DNA of 64,000 nucleotides from Eledone cirrhosa (GCA_964016885.1 OZ024749.1:38440001-38504000), one strand, 5' to 3'. Shown: positions 38,767-52,656, counted from the stretch's first letter. The notes: generated from the letters alone by a model not told the origin. Made by a program: numbers and translations.

Positions 38767-40699
38767 TATATAAAAGTGTGTGTGTGTGTGGATGTGTATG
38801 TGCATGTGTGTGTGTTATCTTGAGGACCACGAGAAATTTAATGTTTGTGCAGACGACTTCTGGAGATTGTTGATTCTTCCCCCATGGCATTATTTTATAG
38901 TTTGTCTGGGGTCAACTTTTTAGATGTAGAATATAATCAGTAAAATATGTAAAACGTCCATAACTCCATAACTACAGAAACACTCGACACAAACAGTTTG
39001 GGAAAGTTATGTATGAAAAGTCACATCCATAATCGTCCATTTGTGAATACTTTCTTTTCTTCTTTTTCCCCTTCCAACGACAGTATATTCGTGCGAAACA
39101 TCGATATCATAGAACTATCATGACGGTCTTTGAGACGACCTACCCCCACATCCTCAAACCATCTGAATATTTCGTGCTGGTTGTCAAGATAGCATGGAAA
39201 ACGTCATATATACAGGATAATTTTGAGTTGGAAATGGCTCGTTTAGTAAAGCATCGAAGCTCGTATTCTGCAAAGTGAAATACGCTAGCTGGGCTATCTT
39301 GTAACAATGGATGATTCTGAAAGAGGATTTTCACAGTGAATTAATCAACAGCAGCAGCAGAATACGGCTAAAAATGTAGTATAACGTTGAGATCAAAGGA
39401 TCTCTCCGCCATATTGAAACCGATCTCTCGAAATAGGAAAAAAAACAATCCAGTAAAGAAAGAATATTTATGAGAGATGCAAGGAATTTAATATGGGTGG
39501 GGGATAACATATCGTTTGGGCTAAACTGAGCTGAAATAACGATAGTTTCGTATAAAATGGATGCTGTGAATATTTTATCAAGTATGCCGGATTAGCTGTT
39601 CAATATGCCGAATTACGTGTTCAATATGTAGAAGAATTCTATTTTTGGTTGTTGCCTTGGTTGAATCACTAGAGAGTCAAGTACCCCAAAGAATATTCCA
39701 GTAACTAAGTAACCACTCTCTGTATCATTATGTTACATGACTACAATACTCGCTGACCACCATATGTGTGTGTGTGTTTTTGTATGTGTGCATCTGACTG
39801 GATGTGTGTGTGTGTATGGAAATATATATATATATCTACATATACATATATGCATTTATGTATTCATGCATGCATGTATGTATGCATGCATGCATTTACA
39901 TATGTATGTATGTATATTCCCTTTCAAAACCAAAAGCCTAAATACAAACCATCACTACCACCACCACCACCACCACCGCCACAACCATCATCCTTACTAC
40001 TACCTCCAACAACACCAGCAATACCGCCATCACCACAACTACGTCTACCAACACTATGTATACCATCACCACCACCACCACCACTACCATCATCACCACC
40101 CGCAAACCGAAGATCTAATAGTAACATTAAATAAAGAAACTTTCCGCTAAAAGTTTCTACCATCGAAATGTATGAGAAGCTATACAAGAAACTTAACAAA
40201 ACTCTGAGCTTTCTGGAAGCTGATCGATATTTACTGGAATCAATCAGCAAGGAGAAGACACTAGCCTATAACCAGGATAGACTTAAGGAAATTCACTAGA
40301 TACTTTTTTTTTCAATTGAAACTTTCTTCTTATATCTAGAAATGGCGCATTGCTAACAAATTTTTAATTACTAGAATTATTCCAGCCTAGAACACCAATG
40401 CTGTAATACACCATGTAAACTCTGTCTTGCTACATATGTTTGTATTTGTATTTATATGTTGCTTTATGTTGTTTAATGTCGACAACTAGAAAGACAGAAG
40501 CAAGCAATCGCTGATGTGACTTTAATAGAAAAAAAAAAATTTAAAAAAATTTTTAAAGCGCAGCTTGTCAATTCCATCACCAAAGCTACATTGCTACATC
40601 TTATTATTATTTTTTTCTTTGCCTTCTTCTTCTTAAGGCTATGTTATGCTGCTGAAAACTATGTTTCTGGATTCGCTAATATCACATTTCCAGTTATGT

Positions 40700-40990
40700 A
40701 TCGTTGAGTTTGTTGACAATCAATCACAGCTTCATTAAATGAGTGTCGTGGGAGTAGAGGCCTCAAATACTCCTTTCAGCGAGTCCTGTCAGAAGCTGCC
40801 GTCTCCAACTAGTCCTACTGGATCCCCAAACGAGATCAGCCAAGCTCATAAATCTTATCCATCCATCTTGCTCGGTGTCTACCACTGGGTCTTCTGTCGG
40901 TCGGATTTCGTCCGTAAAATCTGTCCAGTGATTTTTTTCTGAGATATTCTAACCACATGCCCGAACTAAACATGCTGTGATTCCTCAATT
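40700..40990 (-). mobile_element. Degraded RTE-clade LINE 3' fragment
   Basis: Minus-strand translation IEESQHV*FGHVVRI...RPSGRHRARWMD resembles an RTE C-terminus. Confidence 0.6.
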
Positions 40991-41148
40991 TTCGTCTGGC
41001 ATATTGAGTTAGGTTTATTTTCTCTTTAAACTTCGACCAATTTAGTTTTTTTCCTAATGATGTTCACGCTCAGAGTGACTGTTAAAAATTGCTTGGCTTT
41101 TCAGCCTCTGTCGAAGCAGTGTTCAAATATATATATGTGTATATATGC

Positions 41149-41262
41149 AAAAGTTTTATTTTTACTAAAAGTTTTATTTTTAGTTTTTACTAAAAGTTTT
41201 ATTTTACTAAAAGTTTTATTTTTACTAAAAGTTTTATTTTTACTAAAAGTTTTATTTTTACT
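41149..41262. repeat. ~18-bp AT-rich minisatellite
   Basis: aaaagttttatttttact repeated about 5 times. Confidence 0.9.
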
Positions 41263-41346
41263 ACCAAACCAACTTTTTTAAATGGAAGTAGATCAATATT
41301 TTATGGTACGTCAAATTTATTTATAAAACTGCTTATATATTGTATT

Positions 41347-41403
41347 TTATCTGAAGAAGGCATGCCATATTTTTAATATGGTATCCCTGAAATATGTATA
41401 ATG
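41347..41403 (+). ncRNA. Hammerhead motif of a family B element (~41290-41450)
   Basis: ttat CTGAAGA AGG c ATGCCATAT tttta ATATGGTAT c CCT GAAA tatg TA taat. Confidence 0.7.
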
Positions 41404-41449
41404 AAATAAATATGGTTTTATAAATATAGTTTCCATTTGTTTAATATCG

Positions 41450-41536
<87 letters not shown>

Positions 41537-41539
<3 letters not shown>

Positions 41540-41707
41540 AAACTAGTCAGGACCCCGACGGCTGAGCTCCGATCTGAGTTCAGACCTAGCTGTCGAAACG
41601 GCCGGAGCTCAGCCGTTGAGATCCTGACTCTTTTCCTATTACCCGCTCTACTACCCAGTATCGAGTACTCTGGTGAGTCCTCCTGGTTCCTTACCACACT
41701 TCCTTTG

Positions 41708-41709
<2 letters not shown>
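41537..41709 (+). mobile_element. Fold-back element, family C subfamily 2 (shorter left arm)
   Basis: taggaaactagtcaggaccccgacggctgagctccg is inverted to 41601-41638. Confidence 0.8.
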
Positions 41710-41750
<41 letters not shown>

Positions 41751-41959
41751 TTTATGCATACATAGACATACATAGATACAAATATATATACACACAACTA
41801 CAAATGTAGCAGTGAAAATTGAGTGAAGTGGAGAGCAGAAGGAATCTAATATGCAATGGAATTAGTTATTGCTTGTGAAAACATCAGAAAATCTCAAAAT
41901 TATGCATTATTGTTGTTGTTATTACAGCCTTGTGCTTAAAACAGAAAGCATTATTGAAA

Positions 41960-42280
41960 TGGCAGTATCGGTAGAGGGTTGGGCGCCATGCTTTCCACCA
42001 TAGTTACGTCCCTTTACGGTCTGAGCCGGTAAAATAAAGCACAATAATACATTGGGGTCTCTCAAAAAACTGTTGGACTTGCGCCTAAATCAGAAAACAT
42101 TATTGGCAGTATCGGTAGAGGGTCAGAGGCCATGCTTTCCAGCATAGTTACGTCCCTTTACGGTCTGAGTTCAAATCCCGCCGAGGTTAACTTTGCCTTT
42201 CATCCTTACGGGGTCGATGAAATAAAGTACCAGTAATGTACTGGGTAATTGCTGGCCTTGTGCCTAAAGTAGAAACAATT
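41960..42280 (+). mobile_element. Dimeric arrangement of two Meta-like SINE subfamilies
   Basis: Monomer ending cattggggtctctcaaaa...gcgcctaaatcagaaaacatta is joined directly to a second monomer. Same junction at 46670-46760. Confidence 0.8.
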
Positions 42281-42698
42281 ATAACTGTTTTTACCATCAT
42301 CCTTAATATTATTATTGCTATTATTATTAACATCGTTACTGACTGTAAATAGCCACAAATGGAAATTGTAAGGTGACAAGTCTGTAAATAGTTTATACAA
42401 ACTGTTCATTTTCCTGTTGTAAGCTGCCTCAGTAGTAGCACTAACAACATTATCAATATTAGCAGCATTATCAACATAAACAATGTTATCAGCCACATTG
42501 GCAACAATGGCTGACTAAAATAGATAACGGCCTCCAGCTATATAATCCGAGCAAAATACAGCAACAGTGTGTGAAAGATTATATATATGAAGACAGTCAC
42601 ATAAATACACACTAAATCACTTTATCTCCCTCACCCTACCAGCCTTATACACCCTCTCTCTCCCATTATATCTAACTATCAATTCATCTATCTATCTA

Positions 42699-42757
<59 letters not shown>

Positions 42758-42804
42758 ATATATATAAATATATATAAATATATATGCGTACATAAATTTC
42801 CAGA

Positions 42805-42841
<37 letters not shown>

Positions 42842-43035
42842 TGAATAATGGAATGTAAATAGCTGGATAAATCTCTCAATTTTAACTATATTTATAGATT
42901 TCACTTAAGAGAGGACGACAGAAGCAACATGCACGAGTCAATGTGTTTCGCGTACAGAGTATTGTTTCAGCTCTTTATATATATGTGTGTGTGTGTCTCT
43001 CTCTGTCTCTGTGTGTCTTTGCGTGTGTGTATATA

Positions 43036-43106
<71 letters not shown>

Positions 43107-43684
43107 GAACACTGAGCTGCAATAAGATAAAATAATTTAATAGAATGCATCAAACATCCAATACGGAATCATCGTTAATTATGTGATATATAAACTAAAC
43201 TATATATTACATTTCCTGAATGTGAAAATGGTGGTGGATACGAAAACCATAACTCTCTTTTGCTTCTCCTTTCTATTTCTATTTTTCTGCGCACATACTT
43301 TTTTATCATATACAAAAAATACATTACCACTGCAATAATACTCCATAATACTCTTACTTACCCACGTAAAGTGCTTGTATTACATGTAACACCCTGCCAC
43401 ACAATAATCATATATAAATGAGACACACATAACTAACGCATACAATAACTACTACATCTGACTAACAAACTATCCTCTTGCATTATCTATGTTAACTGCC
43501 GAATGTATTTTAATTTTGTTTTAATTTTAATTTTGATATTGATCTTGACATTGAATTTGAATAGCTATACGGAAGTAATATAATATTATAAATGTCACTC
43601 CACTGTACATCAATATATACATATGTATCTGTATGTCTCTTGCGTTGGAAAGGAGGTCAATCATGTGTACAAACATTGAAAAAT

Positions 43685-43729
43685 GCTCCGAAGACTCCAA
43701 GCCTAGGTTTGGATGAAACAATTGTAAGT
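43685..43729 (+). ncRNA. Hammerhead motif with U4C core (family I; element ~43620-43770)
   Basis: gct CCGAAGA c TCCAAGC ctag GTTTGGA t GAAA CAATTG TA agt. Palindromic stem III, GUA triplet, short tail into (TA)n. Confidence 0.65.
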
Positions 43730-43769
43730 TAATAAATGCTTTGAACATAGCTTTGATTCTTGTGAATTC

Positions 43770-43865
<96 letters not shown>

Positions 43866-43888
43866 CATGTATATATATAAATATATAT

Positions 43889-43919
<31 letters not shown>

Positions 43920-44364
43920 TTGTGTGTGCGTGTGTGTGTATATATATTATGATTTTCTTGAAGGTTTTGTTTTCAGCTGGTTTTTGTTTTGGGTTTTCAT
44001 GAGAGTTATTTTTGAAGCTGAATATATGTTTTTGTACGCGTATGTGTCTCTATGTATTATGTAGGCCTGTATGTATGGTGATGATGATGATGATGGTGTA
44101 ACAAATTGCTATTGACCTTGATGGTAAAAAAATGATGATGATGATGATGATAGAATTACCTCTGCGATTTCTTTTTACTTTCTAAGTTACATGCTAAAAT
44201 TCTACGTTATAAAAAAGACTACAACTATGTTTTACAAAGCTCAGGTAATTTTACAAAACTTGCTGGAGTTCTATGTAATAAGCTACAACGTTACATTATA
44301 ATGCATTCTTTTCTGTTAAAATGTAATGGTCTTCCGGGTGTTTCGGTGACGTATCTTCCAATTA

Positions 44365-44720
44365 GTTGATCAACTGAATGATATATGGAAGTGAGACGTG
44401 GACAATTCAGCTCCACCACTACAGAGACTCTTGCAGTGGCCCAACGTAGCCCAATGGAGTGAAACGTGTTCAGCATCATCTTACATGACAGGGAAAGCAG
44501 CACCTGAATTCGACAGGACAGCAGACTGGCGTTAAGGACATAATTAAGACCATCAAGAAGGGCATATATAAATGAGCTGGTCACGTCTCTCGCTACAGAG
44601 ACAACAGGTGGACTACTAGAAGGACAGACGAGGGCTACCAAAGGCCGGATGGCGCGATAATCTCACCCGATACCTCGGCCCCACATGCCCTAGTATGACC
44701 AGAGAAAAGAAGCGGTGGAG
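44365..44720 (+). mobile_element. Degraded RTE-clade LINE 3' fragment
   Basis: MIYGSETWTI...LAVAQR...QTGVKDII...AGHVSRYRDNRWTT...WRDNL across frameshifts. Confidence 0.8.
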
Positions 44721-44802
44721 ATCAACTAGGGAGGGGTTCTCCCAACAGAAGTGAGAACACCCTTAATTTTGAATATATATATATATATATATATATATGT
44801 TC

Positions 44803-44863
<61 letters not shown>

Positions 44864-44911
44864 CCGAAACCGCTTGGGGCCAAGATCAGGATCTTACATC
44901 TTTCTCTCTCC

Positions 44912-45061
<150 letters not shown>

Positions 45062-45466
45062 ATATATAAACTAAAAGACATTCATCTTGAAAGTATATCT
45101 AAAATAGATAGCTATGTATTAAGGACGGAGAGAGAGAGAGACGATGGTGAGAAAACTTTGGTGGAAACAATGAAGAGAGCAAGTAGGTATTAAATAGAGA
45201 TTAAACAATGCCAATATCGATTTGACACTGCATTCTTTATCAGTAGTCGTATATGGCTATTGGATTTCTGAAGATCGATTGCTTTCGGAAATTACATTCA
45301 TATTAAACACCTGCAATCACTCGAAACCGAGTTCCTCTCAATTCTATGATTCTATGATTCTATGATTCTATAATTCTATAAATCTGTGATTCTGTTATTA
45401 TATGACCATCAGGTTGTCATAAATCAGAAGAGACCCTGCATATTGTCTGTGAATATGAGCGTATGC

Positions 45467-45526
<60 letters not shown>

Positions 45527-45628
45527 GATATATCGGATATCGTATATCTACTCCAAAACTTGTTGAGTGCTTTATATCAGTTATAAAATATTTACTTGTT
45601 GTAACCCAACAATTTTAAATAAAACTTT

Positions 45629-45679
<51 letters not shown>

Positions 45680-45682
<3 letters not shown>

Positions 45683-45774
45683 CTCCGGTCGTTTTCTTAT
45701 TACCCACTCTACTACCCTAAGTATTGAGTACTCTGGTGCGTTATGGTCCACCTGGTTTCTTACCACACTTTCTT

Positions 45775-45778
<4 letters not shown>
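45680..45778 (+). mobile_element. Family C tail-only fragment
   Basis: tattacccactctactaccctaagtattgagtactctggtgcgttatggtccacctgg in (TA)n. Confidence 0.85.
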
Positions 45779-45848
<70 letters not shown>

Positions 45849-46031
45849 CACAGATATATATGTGTGTGTGTGTATGTATGCATGTATGTATATATATATA
45901 TATATATATACACATACATACACATACGCACACGCACACATAGATATATATATAATATATATACATATGAGTGTGTGTGTATATGTGTGTGGGGTGTATA
46001 TGTATTTTATATATATTTATAGTTATATGAA

Positions 46032-46245
46032 GGCGTGTGGCTGAGTGGTTAGAGAATTGGATTCACAATCTTGAGGTTGTGAGTTCGATTCCAGGACCGG
46101 GCGATGCGTTATGTCCTTGAGCAAGGCACTTTATTTCACGTTGCTCCTTCTACCTGGAGTTGCGACCGATAGATAGTACTAGCAACTGGAAAGACCAACG
46201 GAAACATTGTTTCCTCGGTCCGATTTGACGAAAGTCGATCCTTCC
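46032..46245 (+). mobile_element. Full-length tRNA-derived CORE-like SINE
   Basis: ggcgtgtggctgagtggttag (A box), gagttcgattcc (B box), tgtccttgagcaaggcacttta (CORE-like). Confidence 0.85.
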
Positions 46246-46547
46246 TATATATATGTGTGTGTGTGTGTGTGCGTGTGTATGTCTGTGTGAGTATGTACGT
46301 ATGTATATGTAAAAATCTGTCTATACAGTGAAGTGTAGGTAATGGAAGTCAGTAGACAATTTACCATTAGTGATAACGGTGAGTGGAATATTAATGAAAG
46401 GTGATGAGGATGATGACAATGCAGTTTATAGCGATGATCATGATGAGTGTGATTACAATAAAGAAAGGCAAGATTGTGACGAAGACTGAAATTATCTCAA
46501 AGTACAGAAGAATTCATTGGAGAAATGAGCTTAGTTGACAATATGGC

Positions 46548-47113
46548 AGTGGATTGGCAGTATCGGTAGAACGTTGAACAACCCGATTTTCTGTATAGAG
46601 TTACGGCCCTTTGTGTTCTGAGTTCAAATCCTACCCCGAGGTTAGATTTTCCTTTCATCCTTACAGAACCGGTAAAATAAAGCACAGTAATACATTGGGG
46701 TCTCTCAAAAAGCTGTTGGACTTGCGCCTAAATCAGAAAACATTATTGGCAGTATCGGTAGAGGGTCAGAGGCCATTCTTTCCAGCATAGTTACGTCCCT
46801 TTACGGTCTGAGTTCAAATCCCGTCGAGGTTAACTTTGCCTTTCATCCTTATCGATAAAATAAAGTACCAGTAATGTACTGGTTAATTGCTGGCCTTGTG
46901 CCAAAAGTAGAAACAATTATTATAGTACGTTACTGGTTCTTTATTTTATCGACCCCGTAAGGATGAGAGGCAAAGTTAACCTCAGCGGGATTTGATCTGA
47001 GTTCAAATCCGGCCGAGGTTAACTTTGCCTTTCATCCTTACAGGGTCGATAAAATAAAGTACCAGTGATGTATTGGGATAATTGGTGGCCTTGTGTCAAA
47101 AGTAGAAACAATT
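46548..47113. mobile_element. Cluster of four Meta-like SINE pieces including an inverted pair
   Basis: Dimer at 46548-46920 (+), then 46932-46995 (-) facing 46995-47113 (+). Confidence 0.85.
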
Positions 47114-47222
47114 ATTATAGATGTTATCATCTTGATAGTGGTGAATAAGTTGTGACTATTGCTTTGCTGGTGATAGAAAGATGTTAAGGAAAGAAGGGAT
47201 TGAATGATGCGGCGGACCATGG

Positions 47223-47296
<74 letters not shown>

Positions 47297-47333
47297 GTTT
47301 TTTCTCTACAAATTTCATAATTGACGACCCAAT

Positions 47334-47426
<93 letters not shown>

Positions 47427-47445
47427 TTATATATATATATGTATA

Positions 47446-47487
<42 letters not shown>

Positions 47488-47521
47488 TATACATATATAT
47501 ATATATTATATATATGGAATT

Positions 47522-47617
47522 ACCCCCTGAGAAGCTCGGCTATTCATATACCAGGATATACATTTTCATTTAGTCCAGAATTAGCCGTCGAAACGGCTTC
47601 AGCTCAGCCGTCGGGGT
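47522..47617 (+). ncRNA. Complete hammerhead fold of family C (element 47516-47710)
   Basis: ACCCC CTGAGAA gct CGGCTA ttc...gaat TAGCCG tc GAAA CGGC ttcagctca GCCG TC GGGGT. Stems I-III pair and the triplet is GUC; the core lacks one nucleotide versus CUGANGA. Confidence 0.75.
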
Positions 47618-47714
47618 CCTACTCGTTCCTATTACCCACTCTACTACCCTAAGTATTGAGTACTTTGGTGCGTTATGGTCCACCTGGTTCCTTACCACAT
47701 TTCCTTCGTTATAT

Positions 47715-47844
<130 letters not shown>

Positions 47845-47846
47845 AT

Positions 47847-47912
47847 TGGGTCGTCAATTATGAAATTTGTAGATAAAAAACAAATTTTTACAAATTTCAT
47901 ACTTGACCTAAC
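47847..47912. mobile_element. Tiny mariner-like MITE or hairpin
   Basis: TA|ttgggtcgtcaattatgaaatttgta...tacaaatttcatacttgacctaaca|TA. Confidence 0.5.
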
Positions 47913-48132
47913 ATAAGAAAGTGAAATGACAGGAGATCAAATATGTTGAATTTCCTTAATTCTTTTTATTACTGCAGACACTATGTGTTCCCGCAACACC
48001 AACATGATTCCTCATTGAAGATGGATGAATTGCATAACGTCGAGTGCTTTTCTCGTATTACGTCATGATTAACATTGCAGAATGACCAATTTAACACAGT
48101 GGTAAACGACCAAATTTTTATGTATATTATAT

Positions 48133-48227
<95 letters not shown>

Positions 48228-48228
<1 letters not shown>

Positions 48229-48427
48229 GGTGGTACCTCGGTTTATGAACTTCTACCATGACGAACAATTCTTCTGAATAAAAATGTCTTGGGTGACGAA
48301 GGGTCTCTCGAGTAACGAACACCCAAGCTGGCACCAACCAACGGCTAGCAACAAGCTGGGAGTATCGGCTGGAAAGCGTCACCTGCTGTGCAGTTAGTTA
48401 CTAGAGTAATATCTATTTTTCTTTCAC

Positions 48428-48513
<86 letters not shown>

Positions 48514-48618
48514 ACTCTCTCAACATTTCATATGGAAAAAATAGTTTCCGTTTTTGAACATTTCGGACGACAAACAGCTTTGAGGAACGAGTTACGTCCG
48601 TGAATCGGGGTTCCACTG
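48228..48618. mobile_element. Tigger/pogo-like MITE
   Basis: TA|cggtggtacctcggtttatgaac and gtccgtgaatcggggttccactg form TIRs. Internal (CT)n expansion. Confidence 0.8.
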
Positions 48619-48821
48619 TGTATATATATATATTTAAGTGTGTGTGTGTGTGTATGTGTGTGTATGTGTGTGTGTGTGTGTGTGTGTGCGTGTGTGTGTG
48701 CGTGTGTGCGTGTGTGTGCGCGTGTGTGCGTGCGTGTGTGAGTTTAAAGTCACTAACACACAAAACAGAATGAAAACGACAGTGTGTGATTGATATACTT
48801 CTGCTGACCAGCACTGACATA

Positions 48822-48873
<52 letters not shown>

Positions 48874-49689
48874 ATATGTTTTCGCGTGTGCATGTGTGTA
48901 TTTGTGTGTATGTGTGTGTGTGTGTGTGTGTGTGCGTGTGTGCGTTTTTGTGTGTGCGTGTGTGTGTTTGTGTGTGCGTGTAAGCGTATGCGTGTGCGTG
49001 TGTAATGTTCGACGGTAGATGTCTAATTTGTCGTGTATAGTAGATGTACTACTATTTAGCAATGCAATATATTGCATGTCCCATTATTGACGGTGAAGGA
49101 TTCCATTTGGTGGTAATACCATTAGAGCAATTGAGAATAGTCTACGATCAATAAATCCTTTTTCCTCGAGTAAGTTAGTGCTAATTTTTGCCAAACTTCT
49201 TCACCATTACATCGGACCAATTTTGCAGAATGTCATTGTAACAGGTTTTTCTAAATTGGAACAGATCTAATATAGAATTATAGCAAGCTTTATCACGGAT
49301 TCTGTTCTATGCGAGATGTATACCGTTGAGATACATGTCAGTAAATATTCAGTTTACCGTTCCAGAGAATAAACCTCTTTGTGATGCTTCTTCATCTGAA
49401 GAATTCTCTAGAGAGGGAGGTGAGAGAACGAGAGAGAGAGAGAGGGGGGGATTTATTTCGTTTTGTTGTTGTTATTATTATTGATGTTATTATTGTTGCT
49501 GCTTTTTCCTTCCTTTTCTTTCCATTTCCTATAAAGATGGATGTTAAACGGATTACAAAACTTTCTTCATATCCTATTGCAACACTGGAATTCTTCACAA
49601 TAAAACTATAACACATACCATTATAATAATTATTATTATGGTTAATTTTCGTAAATCTCAAACAGTTAGATGTTGAACGATCTGGATAT

Positions 49690-49915
49690 TTCAGTTAGGG
49701 AGCAGTCAACAACACGTCGACAAAGGTCCCTCACTGCACCTTTTCCTGTGACTTACACAGACAAAACTTTCCCTACACAGCTGTACCAAATAAATGCTGC
49801 CTTCTGCATGACCTGTAGCTTTGCATCAATTCAGATTCTATTTACACAGTCCTCAAAACTGTCTGATATACATCCCAGTGCTCCGATGACCTCTGGAATC
49901 TCTATCTTATGTAAA
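49690..49915 (-). mobile_element. Old R4/RLE LINE 3' fragment
   Basis: Minus strand IPEVIGALGCIS...MQKAA..GTA...KVLSV* parallels IPVVVGVLGMI...IQKIVLMGTAHILRKILSI* at 4930-5081. Confidence 0.6.
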
Positions 49916-50064
49916 AGTGATTCACTTATGAAAAATCAAATATATATACAGTATATACATATATATATATATATATGTATATAAACGTGTGTGTGTGTGC
50001 GCGCGCATATCTAGAATATCTAGAAATATATATATCTCTTTCTGCTCCTCCTCTCTATTTTTCT

Positions 50065-50136
<72 letters not shown>

Positions 50137-50513
50137 ATAGAGAAATTAATGTAAGCAATAAGCCGACAATAATTCAAACATATAAGTGACTATAACATCA
50201 AGATGAAAAATGTTTAACGTAAGATGTGGGATAAGTAATACAATCTTAATTCAAAACAAGTCAAGAAGAAAAACTTTATACTTATGATCCCAGTTTGACA
50301 ATCGCCACCGACGAATGCGAGAAATTTCTTCAGGAAAGTTAACCAGGAATCTTTAAAAATCTTCCCACCGAAGTTAACAAAGAACTTACTAGATCTACCA
50401 ACTCATAATATTATAATGTTATAAAATTAATTCAAATTGTTTACAACTACAAGTGAAGTCATTCATTTCCTTTTTTTAAATATACCTAACTGTACCAAGG
50501 ATGTCACACATTT

Positions 50514-50626
<113 letters not shown>

Positions 50627-50815
50627 TCGTTTCTGAATTTGTTTAGCAAGATTCTTTATCTGAAAACGTGTGTTGAAACCGATAGTTATACTTTGGAACC
50701 AACCATCCAACCGGAAATTTATAAATTCCTAAATTTATAAATTTATTATAATAAATTAAAGTGAAAGCAACTGGTGCGTGTGTTTCTTATTGGCAACATG
50801 GCCCTCCCAAAGTAT

Positions 50816-50847
<32 letters not shown>

Positions 50848-50890
50848 CCAGAGAGAGAGAGATAAGAAGTGAGAGAAAGGACGGGAAGAA

Positions 50891-50930
<40 letters not shown>

Positions 50931-51239
50931 CAACATGTGCATGCATACATCATATATACAAACACGCATAAATGTGTATCTATCTATATGTATGTATCTG
51001 TGTGTATATGAGTTTGTATGTGTATATGTATATGTGTACGTGTGAATACGCGTTTATGTTTGAATGTGTGCATGTGTGTACGTGCATGTGTGTACGTGCA
51101 TGTGTGTACGTGCATGTGTGTACGTGCATGTGTGTACGTGCATGTGTGTATATGTATGTGTGTACATGCTGGTTAGGTGATGAAATAGTTCAGATGGTCA
51201 CGCAAGAATGTAGGAATTACTAAAATACTATCATGTTTC

Positions 51240-51612
51240 TTCCCACACCAAACTGGGGCCGGACGTATCGACCTATTTTGATCTTAAGCCACAGATCGAT
51301 AACTGTGACCGATAATTCATTTCTGCAATAAATTCTCTGCACTTAGCCACATAGTAAATACCCAGTTTCGTCGCGATTGACAATCGGTTTTTCCATCTAG
51401 AAAGTTCGACACCGAGGCACAAGACCGGGTAAGATGTTTTTTGCGGAAGACCTGCAGTCGCTCATACTGTCTAAGTCTGATGCAGCTGGCACAAGTGACC
51501 TCGCTGCTGGAAAAATCTGAACTAAAGTGTCTTTCTCAAGGAAACAACGCATCTGCCGGTCCGAGAGTCGAAATCACAACTTCACGATTGTAAATCCGAT
51601 TCTCTCACATAT
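51240..51612 (-). mobile_element. Old tRNA-derived SINE
   Basis: aaagtgtctttctcaaggaaacaacgcat...ccggtccgagagtcgaaatcacaac is the reverse of the CORE-like head. Confidence 0.6.
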
Positions 51613-51734
51613 ATATAAGGCACGTGTGTTTTTTTTTTTCTTCCCCCTTCTCCCGCCTTTTTTTTTTTTCCTCATTTTTCCCCGTTCCTTTCTCTTGTCA
51701 TTCTTTGCTTTCTATTTATCTTCTGTTTTTAACT

Positions 51735-51775
51735 CTATCATCTGATGAAGGACTAGTGTCCGAAACATTGAGACT
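51735..51775 (+). ncRNA. Hammerhead motif, family A-like
   Basis: CTGATGA a GGAC tagt GTCC GAAA cattgagac. Confidence 0.65.
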
Positions 51776-51856
51776 CTCTTAAACTAATAAATTTCTTCCA
51801 TGTACCGTGTAGTTTGTTTTGCTTTTTCTGCTTACCTTTTTCACACACACACACAC

Positions 51857-51897
51857 AGGACTAGAACTGTTTCATTCGGGAGAAATCATCAGGAGGC
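51857..51897 (-). ncRNA. Hammerhead motif, family D, truncated at the cleavage site
   Basis: Minus strand: CTGATGA t TTC tccc GAA t GAAA CAG ttctagtc CTG t, then (GT)n. Confidence 0.7.
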
Positions 51898-52199
51898 CCT
51901 GAAATCTTCAGGGCTTTCGGGTGATATATATATATATATATATATATACAGGTTTGTTATCTAACCTGATTGTATTTTCGTTGCTTTGATGCATTATGTG
52001 GCGAGGCCCGCTTGCCGCAATTTTCAATTTGTCACGCTATCTAACGTATTCTAATTATTCTAAGGTGACACATCCTTATCGAGTACTTTGCGCAAACATA
52101 ATTGTATCTCGTTAGCTTGGCCACCGCCATAACTTCGATTTTACTAACCTTCCCTTTGTATATATATATGTGTGTGTGGGGCGGAGGTATGCATATATT

Positions 52200-52251
<52 letters not shown>

Positions 52252-52656
52252 GAGAGAGAGAGAGAGTGGGGGGGGGGCATCACAGTGTCACAGAACAGTA
52301 GTATTGAATAGATGGGATCGATTGTTAAACGGCTGCTATACCGATTCATCCAAGGATTTAATCTCACATAATTGTTGGTATATTTTTGTATACTTAATTT
52401 TTTTTTGTTTTCTTTTGTATACTTTTTTTTTCCGTTGTTGTTGATTTCTTTTTTTTTTTTTTTTTTCTTAAGACTTTAGTTCGTTAAATATGCGCATATT
52501 TCACGGCGAGATATTTTTGTGCTGTTATCATGCGGATATTTCACGATAAGAGTCCATTGATATGCAGTATTTTTGTGTTTTTTTCAATAAGAACACTCGT
52601 AATTATACGTACATACATACATACATACATACTTACATACTTACATATGTACATAC

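Noticed and set aside
39100-39340. Possible transposase or exon remnant
   Set aside because: No recognisable motif in the frames I read.
46032-46105. tRNA gene (also 10725 and 34563)
   Set aside because: The A and B boxes run into a shared SINE body, and no complete acceptor stem is evident.
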